Position numbers and translations under genes: made by a program. From a virus: DNA of 64,000 bases. The notes under the pieces were generated by a model. The model worked only from the letters and a program-made list of their open reading frames with translations. It was not told the DNA's origin and did not search any database. Shown piece after piece: positions 38,201 to 47,808 of the stretch (positions are counted from its first letter, which is position 1; the number at the start of each line of letters is the position of its first letter). The stretch is taken from IMG/VR virus record IMGVR_UViG_3300009169_000001, positions 36,395-100,394 of that record; one strand, 5' to 3'.

Positions 38201-41200
38201 TTGACAAACCACCCCCTACTGTCTAGTATGGGGGTGTACTTCAAGGAGGAGCCCATGATCGAAATTGCCCTGATTAGCCTGACAGTCGTCTTTCTCGGAC
38301 TGACGTTCATTTTGTTCGTGTGGCCCAGTATTCGAGTGGATAAGCATATCCGCCTGAGTGATGACTGGGACCCCATGGAGAGCCGTGGGCGCATCAAGAA
38401 GAGGTGGTACGAGTGATCGAGATTATCAGCCGAAGCAGCCGCATGAACGTGATCAGCGTGAATGGCGAGGTGTACAAATTCAGACGACGCAGCTCTTCCG
38501 CCCGGTTGGCCGGGTTCGAGCAGCGCTCTGAGGCGGGCAGGATCTTCCGCAACGTGTGGGTCGAGTGCGACGCATGGCCGGGGGAGCGAATGAGCCGCCT
38601 CAAGGTTGAAGCGGTACTCCGCCACCTTGATCTGGGTGAGACGGCTGCGCAGGCTTTCGAGGACGCACAGGAGTGGGAAGTGCGTGGGGATCAAGTTCGC
38701 TACATATCATGGGGGTAAGATGAATCTGGAAGACCTGCAACGCCGCAAGCGCACGGACCGATCCACCGGTAACTATGAGACCCGTGAGGAACTGGTTGCC
38801 GCCTGCCTGTACATGAACAGCGTGACCAAGTTGTCACACCGCCAGATAGGTGAGAAGGTAGGGGTGGCGCAGACCACCGTCACCCGAATACTCTCCGGGG
38901 ACGCACCCGAGTACCGCAAGGCCTACGCGGCGGTGAGGGAGCTGCCAAGCACCAAACTCAACAAACTGTGGAAGGTGCCAAAATCCACAGTGGGTCAACC
39001 CGTTATCAACCCGAAGTACCAGTGAAGGAGCACACCATGAGCAAAGTACTGTCACCTGACGAACGTTGCACCAAGTCGGTACGCACCGAGGGCACTAACT
39101 TCAGGCACCACCAATGCAAGCGAGGTGCGGTGAAGGACGGCTTCTGTCTGCAGCACCACCCGGACACGGTAGATGCCCGACGCAAGGCCTCTGATGATGC
39201 TTTCAAGCGGAAGCATGAGCAGAGCATTTATGGCCAGTACCGCCGGGCGCTGGAGCGTGTCAAGGTGCTGGAGACCACCATCGAGAACGTCCTGTACGGG
39301 ATACCCACCGACTACCAAGGTAGCCGAGATGACCACGGCCTGCTGCGAAAGGCTGATGTGGAATTGGCGATCTCCCTGCTGCAGTCAGTATTACCGGAGA
39401 AGAAAAATGACGTATGAATCGATCGGGCTGATAACCCTATTTCTATTGAGCAGCCTACTGGTTCACCTACTGGTGAAGAACGCGTACCTGCGGGGCCGAG
39501 CAGACGGCTATGAGTCGGCGTCCAAGCTACTGGACACCGGTCTGAAAAGTATTTTTCGTGAGTAGCCCATGACCTTTGATGAATGGGTGTACCAGCTGCC
39601 TGATGATGAACTGGAATGTCTGTGCCCTGCCGATGCTTGGCGGGCCGGGGCACTCGCCATGATCGACGCACTGATTGATCGAGGCTACATCAGCTTGGAC
39701 TACGCAATGCTTGCGCGGGAAGACGTGGCCGATATCTGTTCGTTAGGGGGTACGAGGTGAGCGACCGGTTGTGTGACACCTGCGGGGATTACAAAGAGTT
39801 GTGCGGGCACGAGTACCTTTACGCTGAAATAAAAAGGCTCAAGGCAGAGAACCAGAGGCTGCGAGAGATACACAAAAGCAATGTGGATGAGGATACGCAC
39901 AGCAGAATCATGCGGAGCAGCCACTTCTGCGAATGGCGCACCTCCTTTGAGGCTGTAATTGAACGCAGCAAGGCAGCCCTACTGCAGGAGGACAAGGCCA
40001 ATGAGTGACAAACTTTATCAATCAGCGTTAAGCAGGCTTTCCAAGGCCTATTGCGATGATAGTGCCGCAGGCGATATAGAAGATCATGTTGAGGGATTGG
40101 AGGCCCGCATCACCCTGCTGGAGGCCTTAGTAAAAAGGCGTGACCGAGGAATGCACACTATAGGGCAGCATGAGCAGGGGTGTCCGGGCCGTTACCCATC
40201 AGGCCGCTGCATCTGTGGTCACGACGATGTGGCCAAGTATTTTAAGGAGCAAGGGGGGTGAGTAAGAGTATACTCGAACGGATACAAGCATGGAGCAGAT
40301 TCCACAAAGGCGTAGCGTTTAAGCCCGAGACACCCTCCGTCAGTGACAGCGAAGTGGTAGCCGAATTACTCCGGCTAGAAAAGCGCATCGCCCTGCTGGA
40401 GGCAGCGATACGGAACCATAAAGCGTGTGGGGGCGAACCCGTAGATAGTGAACGGCTATACTCTGTACTGCAGGAGGACAAGCCATGAGTGGGGAGAGTA
40501 CTGTGAAAGTAGTGCTTGGGCTTTTCGTCCTGTTGGCAGTTATAGCGGTCTGTAGCGCCTACGTTCTTGGAGGCTGTGGATGAGTGACTGCCCAGAGTGT
40601 GGCGTTATCAACTACGGCATAAACCCGCGCTGTGCTTCATGCGTGAGGAAGGTGATGCTGGAGCGCATCAAAGAGCTAGAGGATGTGGCAGAGGCGGCGG
40701 AAGGAGCACTGGATTTTATAGAAGAATGGGCCTCGCACACCCGACGTAACCTTGAAAAAGCCCTTACAGCGGCTGGGTATCCGAAGGGGCAAAACAAATG
40801 AAGGCGTGCGGGCATGAGAACGTCACGGTGGAAGGGTGTGACACCTGCTACGTCGTGAAGCTGAAAAAGCGGGTCGATAAACTGCTGGCAGCCGAGCACA
40901 AGCGTCTCGACCGCATCAGGGAGCTGGAATCAGCAGCAAGAGCTGTGCTCATTCACTACCGCCTTGATGGCGGAGACTTTGTTGATGCGATGAACGATCT
41001 GGAAAAACTATTACCGGAGCAAGGGAAATGACTAGGTCCATTTTAAAGTATCCATTTGACACCTCTGTCAGCATGCTCAAGGGGGCAAAGATTCTTACCG
41101 CTCAATATCAGCGCGGGAATCTTTGTATCTGGGCCTTGGTTGACGCAGACGAGACAGCAACTGAAGTCCGCAATTTCATGATCTACGGCACAGGTATGAC

Positions 41201-43257
41201 ACTGCCAGACAACCCCGGCGTATATATCGACACCGTCCAAGAAGTAGACCTGTTCGTGTGGCACATTTTTGAGGGGGTGGGGAATGAGTAAGTTAGTTCC
41301 ATGCGGTAAGACATTGGGTCACGGTGTGAGCTGCACTGACAGCTTTGAAGGCGGACTGTGCGATAGTTGTCAGCACATAAAGGAGCTGGAGGAGGACAAG
41401 GTAACCCTCCGTGAAGTGACATGGACTCAGGATGCCCGCATCAAGGAGCTGGAGGCAAGGCTCGCAACGATTATTAAAATCTACCGCACCGCTGGCCCAT
41501 GCTTAGATTGTGACGCAATAGGTGAAGCAATAGAGCAAGCAGAAGGCTGCGGTGAATGGTACTGGGCAGATTTGGGCATGCCTGTTTCTGAGAGTGCCGA
41601 GAACCCGAACGAAAATTGCTTCACAAAAGTATGGGTACCGGAATGAAACACGAAACGACGATTGAGTTAAAACCCTTCAGCACACCGAATTATGTGCTGA
41701 TTGCTCCAAAGCTGGGGAGGCGGCAGGACGGGTTCGACCATGCACCTGCCATCCCCCTGTCTGACCTGAGTGTAGAGACGCTGGACTCCCTGTGCACGCA
41801 GTTCAGGGCCGACGTATTCGCCAAAGCAGGCAAGGCCGACGTAAAAGAGGGGAAGGGCCGATGACTGATTGCGAGCACGGACAGCCCGAGTGGGCCGCCT
41901 GTCCAAAGTGTATTGAGGCCGCTGAGGAGCGCATGGCTGCCCGACTCCAAGAGTTGGAAGAGCGGCAGGTGGCGTGGCTGCAGGAAAAAATGGAGGAGGC
42001 ACAGAAAGTGGCCAAGCTGGCTCGCATGCTCTACCTTGCACGAGACGCCCTTACCCAGATCAGTCTGGCCAGCAATAACAGTATGTCTACAAAAATCGAG
42101 TGCGGGCGGATCGCCCGTAAAGCCTTGAAGGAGCTGCACCTATGAGTGATAACCCCCTCTGCCCCCACTGTGGGAAGATCTTCTATGAAGCAAATCGTGT
42201 GAGCATACATGGTATGTACGACGCCCACCTTTTTCAGAAAGTTACGGGGAACAGTGTTGATGAGATCATCCTGAACTGGGTGCTGGAGGAAGACGACGTT
42301 CAGTACGGCCCAACGTCTCTCTGCCCCGCCATTGTGCTGTGCGGCAAGAGGGAGTTGCGACGCGTGGGTCCCATGGTGCATAGGCGCACTGACGCCGCTG
42401 TGCTCAAGCAGTACCGGGAAGCGCTGCTGGCCGACCCCGATATACCCCGCCTGCTGGGTTTGGGTACAGCCTCTGAAAGGCCGGAGTGACGCCATGAGTG
42501 CATTCAGTGAATTTGTGATAACCTACTGGCACTTCACGGTCCCTGTAACTCTGATCGTTGGAAGTTTTTTGGCAGGCCGCTACGCCTAAGGTGAGCTACC
42601 ATGAGAATACGCACGTTCAGGAAGATATCGACCCTCGGCCTGTTGATGGTGGCCACGACGCTGCCGATACTGATCACCAACTTCCACGCCCCCGGCGGGC
42701 TGGAGTACATCCTGTCCATGTCGGCGTCCATCGGCATACCTCTGGGGCTGCTAACCTCTATAGCGCTGCGGACAGGGCACCTCTATGACGTTTGATCCCA
42801 AGGTACGGTAATGAAGACGCGATATTTACTGCTAGGTATGTTTATAGGCATTCTCGGGGGAGCGCTATTTCAGTTTGTGCTCATACATGCACCGCACCAC
42901 AGCACAGTACTCTTCTGTGAAGAAATCATGGCCCGTAACCCACATGATGGGAGGTAGCATGAGCCTAGCAGAGGATGCCACAGGGCTTATCCTAATCTTT
43001 TTCGTAGGCGGGCTCTTCTACCTTGGGTGGGTGCTATCCAAGAGGAAAAAGTGATGGCGTGGTGGCAAAGGATACGCGCCCGGTGGTGGATAATTCGACA
43101 CCATGGGGACTCGATAAATCGGCGGGTGGAGGTAGAGAATTACCTGCTGAAAGCCTACAAAGGACAGAAGCCTCTACCGGATAAAGCCATGTGTCGAGAG
43201 CTGGCCGTGAAACTGGGCGTGCCCACAGACTGGCAGAAAAAACCGGGTAGCCCCTAA
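38201..43257 (+). other. block of ~20 small, tightly coupled hypothetical ORFs (includes HTH 38720-39025 and small membrane peptides)
   Basis: Promoter TTGACA(38201)-17-TAGTAT; 45-150 aa ORFs with overlapping start/stop codons; none carry the peptide tag. Confidence 0.65.
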
Positions 43258-43477
43258 GAAGCTCCCAACGTATTCCGAGCCGAAAGGCTTTCGTTGGGAC
43301 CTGCGGTAGCGCGTGGGGCAAAGTCGTGATGCTGGCACAGCCGTCCCTGACACTTCAACGGCTGTGACTGGGTAAGGTGTGGGGCGTAAAGTAATGCACT
43401 TAATCACGGAATAGCTATTCTTTGACAGGGGGTACGCACCCCCCTAGCATGTAGGGATGCGCCGAGAGAACTCTGAC

Positions 43478-44275
43478 ATGTCCCTGTTTTCCATCCTAAA
43501 ATTCAACCCGTACCACGACCCGAAGGATGGCCGGTTCACCACCGGCGACGGGGGTGGTAAGGGCGTTGTTACTACTTCAGATGTGAACGCAGCCGCCAAG
43601 GCGCTGGCTGAGGGGCGGAAGGTACGCCTGACCAGCACCAAGCAGGTATCGACCCTGCTGGCCAAATTGCGAGAGATCGTCGCCGACGCCAAGGCCAAGG
43701 GCAAAGACGCCCCCAATTACAACTTGTGCAGCGTGTCCGTGAAGGGCACCAACCTCTTCTGTGCCGAGAACAAGGGCCTTGCCCGTGTGCAGATGCCGCA
43801 GCTCTCTGGCAAGCCCCTGCCGGGCAGTAAGGGCGACAAGCTGCCCAAGGATAAGGACGGCGGCATCGATCTTACTGGTAAGTTCCGGGAGCACCTTGAG
43901 AAGGCGCTAGGCGTCAAGGTGTCGGATGAGGATGAGAAGGCCTCGTACCTGAAAGCCACACAGAACGAACTGAACGGCGTGAAGGTGGCGGGCATGTCCG
44001 GTGCCTTGGAGTCCGGCACCCTGCCGGATGCCAGACTGTTCGTGTCCAAGGACAACTACGTCGTGGACGGGCACCACCGCTGGGCGGCCAATGTTGGCGC
44101 TGACGCGTCTGATGGGAAGCTGGGGGACCTCACGATGAAGGTGGCGCGGGTAGACATGGACATCATCACCCTGCTGTACGAGTCCAATAAATTCGCCAAG
44201 GACTGGGGCCTGCCCCAGATGAGTGCCGCCAACGTGAAGAAGACCACGGGCTGCGGGTGCGCTACGTGCAGTTAA
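43478..44275 (+). CDS. tagged ParB/Srx-like domain protein
   Basis: SILKFNPYHDPKDGRF tag; LKATQ, VSKDNYVVDGHHRWAA; promoter TTGACA(43422)-17-TAGCAT. Confidence 0.75.
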   Translation: MSLFSILKFNPYHDPKDGRFTTGDGGGKGVVTTSDVNAAAKALAEGRKVRLTSTKQVSTLLAKLREIVADAKAKGKDAPNYNLCSVSVKGTNLFCAENKGLARVQMPQLSGKPLPGSKGDKLPKDKDGGIDLTGKFREHLEKALGVKVSDEDEKASYLKATQNELNGVKVAGMSGALESGTLPDARLFVSKDNYVVDGHHRWAANVGADASDGKLGDLTMKVARVDMDIITLLYESNKFAKDWGLPQMSAANVKKTTGCGCATCS

Positions 44276-45207
44276 TTGCACTGCTGAAGTTCAACAAGCA
44301 CCACGAGCCTGCAGGCACTGAGATAGGCGGCCAGTTTGCTTCCGTTGAGGCGTGGCGTCTGCAGCCGGGGATCTACCAGAAAAACGGCGTGTGGGTCCGC
44401 AACGGCAAGACGGTAACCGGCGCTGACGCAGCGACGTTGAAGCGCATGCGCGTGCCCCCAGCGTGGAAGGACGTCAAGGTCAACCCCAACCCTGATGCCA
44501 AGCTGCAGGTGATCGGCAAGGACGTGAAGGGCCGAACCCAGTACCTGTACTCCGCCGCTCACAGTGAGCAGGCCGCCGCTGAGAAGTTTGCCCGGATCAA
44601 GGCGTTCCACGATGCGCTGCCCAACCTGCGCAACCACATGACGCGGGACATCCATGACCCCAACCAGCCTGCAGCTGTGCGGGAGTCCGCTCTGGTGCTG
44701 CGCCTGATCGATAAAACGACGTTCCGGGTGGGCTCGAATGCGGAAACCCATGGGGTTAAGAAGGCCTATGGGGCCACGACTTTGCGGGGCGAGCATGTTA
44801 CAATACTGGGTAACAAGGTCGCGTTTTCCTTCGTTGGAAAGAAGGGCGTCCAGATAGACCAAACGATCACCGATCCGGTACTGGCGAAGGAGCTGCGAGC
44901 CCGGAAGCGCGAGGCCAAGAACGGCCCACTGTTCAAGGTAACCGACAGCCGCCTGCGCCAATACATCAAAGATGAGGGCTTCGGGGGTTTTTCGCCGAAG
45001 GACTTCAGGACATACCACGCGACCTCGATGGCGCTGGCGCTGGTGCGCAAGACCCCTATGCCGGGGAACCGTACGCAGGCCAAGAAGGCCAGAAAGGAAG
45101 TTGCGACCAAGGTGTCTACCAAGCTGGGCAACTCGCCCGCCATGGCACTGGCATCGTACATCAGCCCCGAGGTGTTCTCGGACTGGGAGGATCTACTCTA
45201 TGACTGA
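44266..45207 (+). CDS. tagged DNA topoisomerase IB
   Basis: VPPAW, GKDVKGRTQYLY, FRVG, GATTL, F.GKKG, KDFRT, LGN, SYI (catalytic R-K-R-N-Y); start may be 44257 or 44266. Confidence 0.88.
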   Translation: MQLIALLKFNKHHEPAGTEIGGQFASVEAWRLQPGIYQKNGVWVRNGKTVTGADAATLKRMRVPPAWKDVKVNPNPDAKLQVIGKDVKGRTQYLYSAAHSEQAAAEKFARIKAFHDALPNLRNHMTRDIHDPNQPAAVRESALVLRLIDKTTFRVGSNAETHGVKKAYGATTLRGEHVTILGNKVAFSFVGKKGVQIDQTITDPVLAKELRARKREAKNGPLFKVTDSRLRQYIKDEGFGGFSPKDFRTYHATSMALALVRKTPMPGNRTQAKKARKEVATKVSTKLGNSPAMALASYISPEVFSDWEDLLYD

Positions 45208-45334
45208 GAAAGACGACACGATCAACGAAAAGAAGGAGGAGCAGTTAATGCTCGATTTCTTCGGGACCGTGCAATACGACAAGACCAAGCCTTGGCAGAA
45301 AACGCCGGAGACTGAAGAGGATCCTGACGAATGA
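45200..45334 (+). CDS. small acidic partner protein, 44 aa
   Basis: GGAGG RBS; overlaps the topoisomerase stop; ends ETEEDPDE. Confidence 0.5.
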   Translation: MTEKDDTINEKKEEQLMLDFFGTVQYDKTKPWQKTPETEEDPDE

Positions 45335-46089
45335 CACTGCTGGCCATCTTCAAGTTCAACCCCTATCACGATGAGAAGGGGCGTTTTGCTACGGCTGACG
45401 GCCATGCGTCCCGGTCACCCGCCCAAGGGCAGGGCATCGATTTCGTCTCACCGAACAAGGCCAACCTGAGCTATGTCCGGGCCAAAGAGCGGCTGCAGTC
45501 TCGTGAGCAGTCCCTGCTGGTCCAGTACGGTACCAAGATCAACGCAGCACTGGGCATCAAGGGCTCGATCGCATCGGTAGTAGGGGCGTGGGCTGACGGC
45601 GCTGAGAACAGCACTGTGGGGGTGTACGACGATGACACCCCCTACGAGGCCATCCGCGCCGCAGCCTCCCTGAAGGGGCTACTGGAGCGGCAGAAAGCGG
45701 TCATCGCATTTAAGGCCAGACCCAAGGGCAAGGCCCGTGTGTCCATGCTCGAATTGAAAGGTGGATTGGACATACATCATAATGCTATGATAGAAGCAGG
45801 CATAGAATTTCACACCCTGCAGCCGACCGCTGATGGCGTGAAGGCGTGGGTGTTTCAAGATAAGAGTTCCTCGGCCCTCAACACGAAACTGGCGCACTAC
45901 GCCAAGTCGATGGGGGGGCAGCTAACCACGTGGGCCGGAGACGGTGAGTTCGTGGGGAGCTGGTCTTCCCGCACGGAGGGGAAAGCCGCGTACCTGAAGG
46001 AGCTGGACAGCTACACCGAGCGACACCCGGAGACCAAGGCTGGGATCGACGGAATACTCAAGGACTGGAGACGGAGGTCTGGGCAATGA
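45331..46089 (+). CDS. tagged protein of unknown function
   Basis: AIFKFNPYHDEKGRF tag; GAWADGAENS motif. Confidence 0.7.
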   Translation: MTLLAIFKFNPYHDEKGRFATADGHASRSPAQGQGIDFVSPNKANLSYVRAKERLQSREQSLLVQYGTKINAALGIKGSIASVVGAWADGAENSTVGVYDDDTPYEAIRAAASLKGLLERQKAVIAFKARPKGKARVSMLELKGGLDIHHNAMIEAGIEFHTLQPTADGVKAWVFQDKSSSALNTKLAHYAKSMGGQLTTWAGDGEFVGSWSSRTEGKAAYLKELDSYTERHPETKAGIDGILKDWRRRSGQ

Positions 46090-46283
46090 AGGCGAAGGGC
46101 GTGATACCGGGGTGGGAAGAAAAGCTGAGCCCCGAGGACAGGGCTATTCTTGAGAGGCACCGGAAGGTGTATCCTGCCATGATCGCGGCCAAGCCACGTA
46201 TGACCGACGAAGAATTTATGGGCCTCACCGAAGCGTCGGCGGAGCAGTACAAGAAAGGGATAATCCTGCCGGGGGTGGGGTAG
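46086..46283 (+). CDS. small partner protein, 65 aa
   Basis: ATGA-coupled, GGAGG RBS. Confidence 0.5.
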   Translation: MKAKGVIPGWEEKLSPEDRAILERHRKVYPAMIAAKPRMTDEEFMGLTEASAEQYKKGIILPGVG

Positions 46284-46284
46284 C

Positions 46285-47301
46285 ATGAATTTTCTCGACA
46301 TTCTGAAGTTCGATGAGAACCAGCCGCGCAAGCCGAAGGGCACCCCTGAGGGCGGCCAGTTTGCCTCTACTGGGGGCAAGGCCTCTGGCGGCGGTGTCAT
46401 GGGCGGCCCCGGCGCGGGCAGCACCTTAGACGGGACCTCTGCAGCGCTGCTCCGGGATAAGAACATGGAGGCCGCAGCCCTGAGAGGCGTACAGGCCGCG
46501 CTCAAGAACAAAGGCTTGGACCCTTCCATGGCGGAGCAGCTGCTGGCCCGAGGTAAGGCGATCGAGAAGGAAGTCGAAGACAACTACACCAAGAACGCCA
46601 CCGAGTTCATGCACAAGCTGAAGAACGGCGACTGGACACCTGAGCGGCGGGATCTGCACACCAAAATTCTTGAGGAGTTCTTCGCGAACGAAGACCGGTT
46701 CAAGCCGCCCACCGGTGAGCCCCCGCAGGTACTGCTGTTAGCAGGCCGACCGGGCTCCGGCAAATCCAATTTCGGCAAGGCCCTCAAGATTTACGACAAG
46801 GAGAGCTACATCGTACTGGACTCGGATGAGTTCAAGGCGTTGTTGCCTGAGTACGACCCGGAGCGTCCGGGGTACACTCACCGGGAAGCCTCGGATCTGA
46901 TGGACACCGCTGGCTTGATAGCGCGGGCCAAGGGACTGAACATCGTCTATGACATGACGATGAAAAAGCCCCCAGATGACCTGATCACTATGTTCAAGAA
47001 CCACGGCTACAAGATCGAAGGGCATCAGATGGATGTCTCTGAAGAGACCTCCGCCGAGCGGGCCTACTTCCGGTGGGTTAATGACGGCCAGAACGGCACA
47101 CCGGGCCGCCTCGTACCCCTGAGCATTATTAAGGAAATGAAGAAAATTCCTGAGGTGTTCAAGGCGACAGCCAGTAAATTAGACGCATGGACGCACTACA
47201 CGCATGAGAATCTGGGAGAACAGATCCGGGTAGCGGCCAGTGAGAAGTACAGGGTAGCGAAGGCTTTCCTGAAACGAATCCTCAAGGGAGTTACACGATG
47301 A
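46285..47301 (+). CDS. tagged zeta-toxin-like P-loop kinase
   Basis: DILKFDENQPRKPKGTPEGGQF tag; AGRPGSGKS, LDSDEFK, HREAS, NIVYDMT. Confidence 0.8.
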   Translation: MNFLDILKFDENQPRKPKGTPEGGQFASTGGKASGGGVMGGPGAGSTLDGTSAALLRDKNMEAAALRGVQAALKNKGLDPSMAEQLLARGKAIEKEVEDNYTKNATEFMHKLKNGDWTPERRDLHTKILEEFFANEDRFKPPTGEPPQVLLLAGRPGSGKSNFGKALKIYDKESYIVLDSDEFKALLPEYDPERPGYTHREASDLMDTAGLIARAKGLNIVYDMTMKKPPDDLITMFKNHGYKIEGHQMDVSEETSAERAYFRWVNDGQNGTPGRLVPLSIIKEMKKIPEVFKATASKLDAWTHYTHENLGEQIRVAASEKYRVAKAFLKRILKGVTR

Positions 47302-47486
47302 CCGATTTATCCAAGGATGAAATACGCCAACGGGCCTACGATGATACCCCGGACCCCATGGGCGTGACCATCCTGTTCAGCATGTGGTACAACGACGCAG
47401 GGAAGAAGCCCGAGGAACTGGGCCCTGAGTATGATGACTTGAAAGTGGCGTACGCCAATTGGTTGAAGGCCCGAGGATATGCCTGA
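47298..47486 (+). CDS. small partner protein (putative antitoxin), 62 aa
   Basis: ATGA-coupled to the zeta-like gene. Confidence 0.5.
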   Translation: MTDLSKDEIRQRAYDDTPDPMGVTILFSMWYNDAGKKPEELGPEYDDLKVAYANWLKARGYA

Positions 47487-47808
47487 TCTACTCCGCATCT
47501 TAAAAATGAACCCGTGGCATGATGAAGCGGGTCGATTCGCTCATGCACCGGGGGGTCGGAACCTTGTGCCCAACATCGCGTGGATATCGGACGGCAAAAA
47601 TCGGATATCCACCGACGGGCGCTTCAAGATCGAACCTTCCAGTTCCAATGGCCAGAAATTTAAGAAGGGCACCCCGGTGTACCTCCTGACCGACACTCGC
47701 CACAACAGAGACACCCTGCTGAAGTTCCCCAAGTACCGGGAGTTTATGAAGTTGGAAGACGCGAAAATCGAAGCGAACATGCGGCTGGAAGAACTTGTTG
47801 ATAGCTAA
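47479..47808 (+). CDS. tagged small protein of unknown function
   Basis: RILKMNPWHDEAGRF tag. Confidence 0.65.
   Translation: MPDLLRILKMNPWHDEAGRFAHAPGGRNLVPNIAWISDGKNRISTDGRFKIEPSSSNGQKFKKGTPVYLLTDTRHNRDTLLKFPKYREFMKLEDAKIEANMRLEELVDS

Larger units (their letters stand above)
31522..47538 (+). repeat. 14 copies of a coding repeat (peptide tag xxK|Y/F..QPR.PKG...GG[QR][WF] and short variants)
   Basis: Copies start near 31522, 31993, 32815, 33556, 34459, 34930, 35718, 36651, 37661, 43490, 44278, 45343, 46297, 47494. Confidence 0.92.

Noticed and set aside
43478-44275. ParB-like gene as a plasmid-prophage partition system
   Set aside because: No ParA and no evident HTH; the domain is a tagged cargo unit. 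A link to the 16-bp palindromes is left only as a test.
31522-47538. Tag repeats as a CRISPR array or integron attC sites
   Set aside because: Conserved mainly at the protein level with synonymous variation, always in frame, spaced 0.4-6 kb apart, and no integrase is seen.
31534-47800. The MuF interruption as an intron or intein
   Set aside because: It is 16 kb with many stop codons and promoters; no intein C/S…HN termini or group I/II intron hallmarks are visible.
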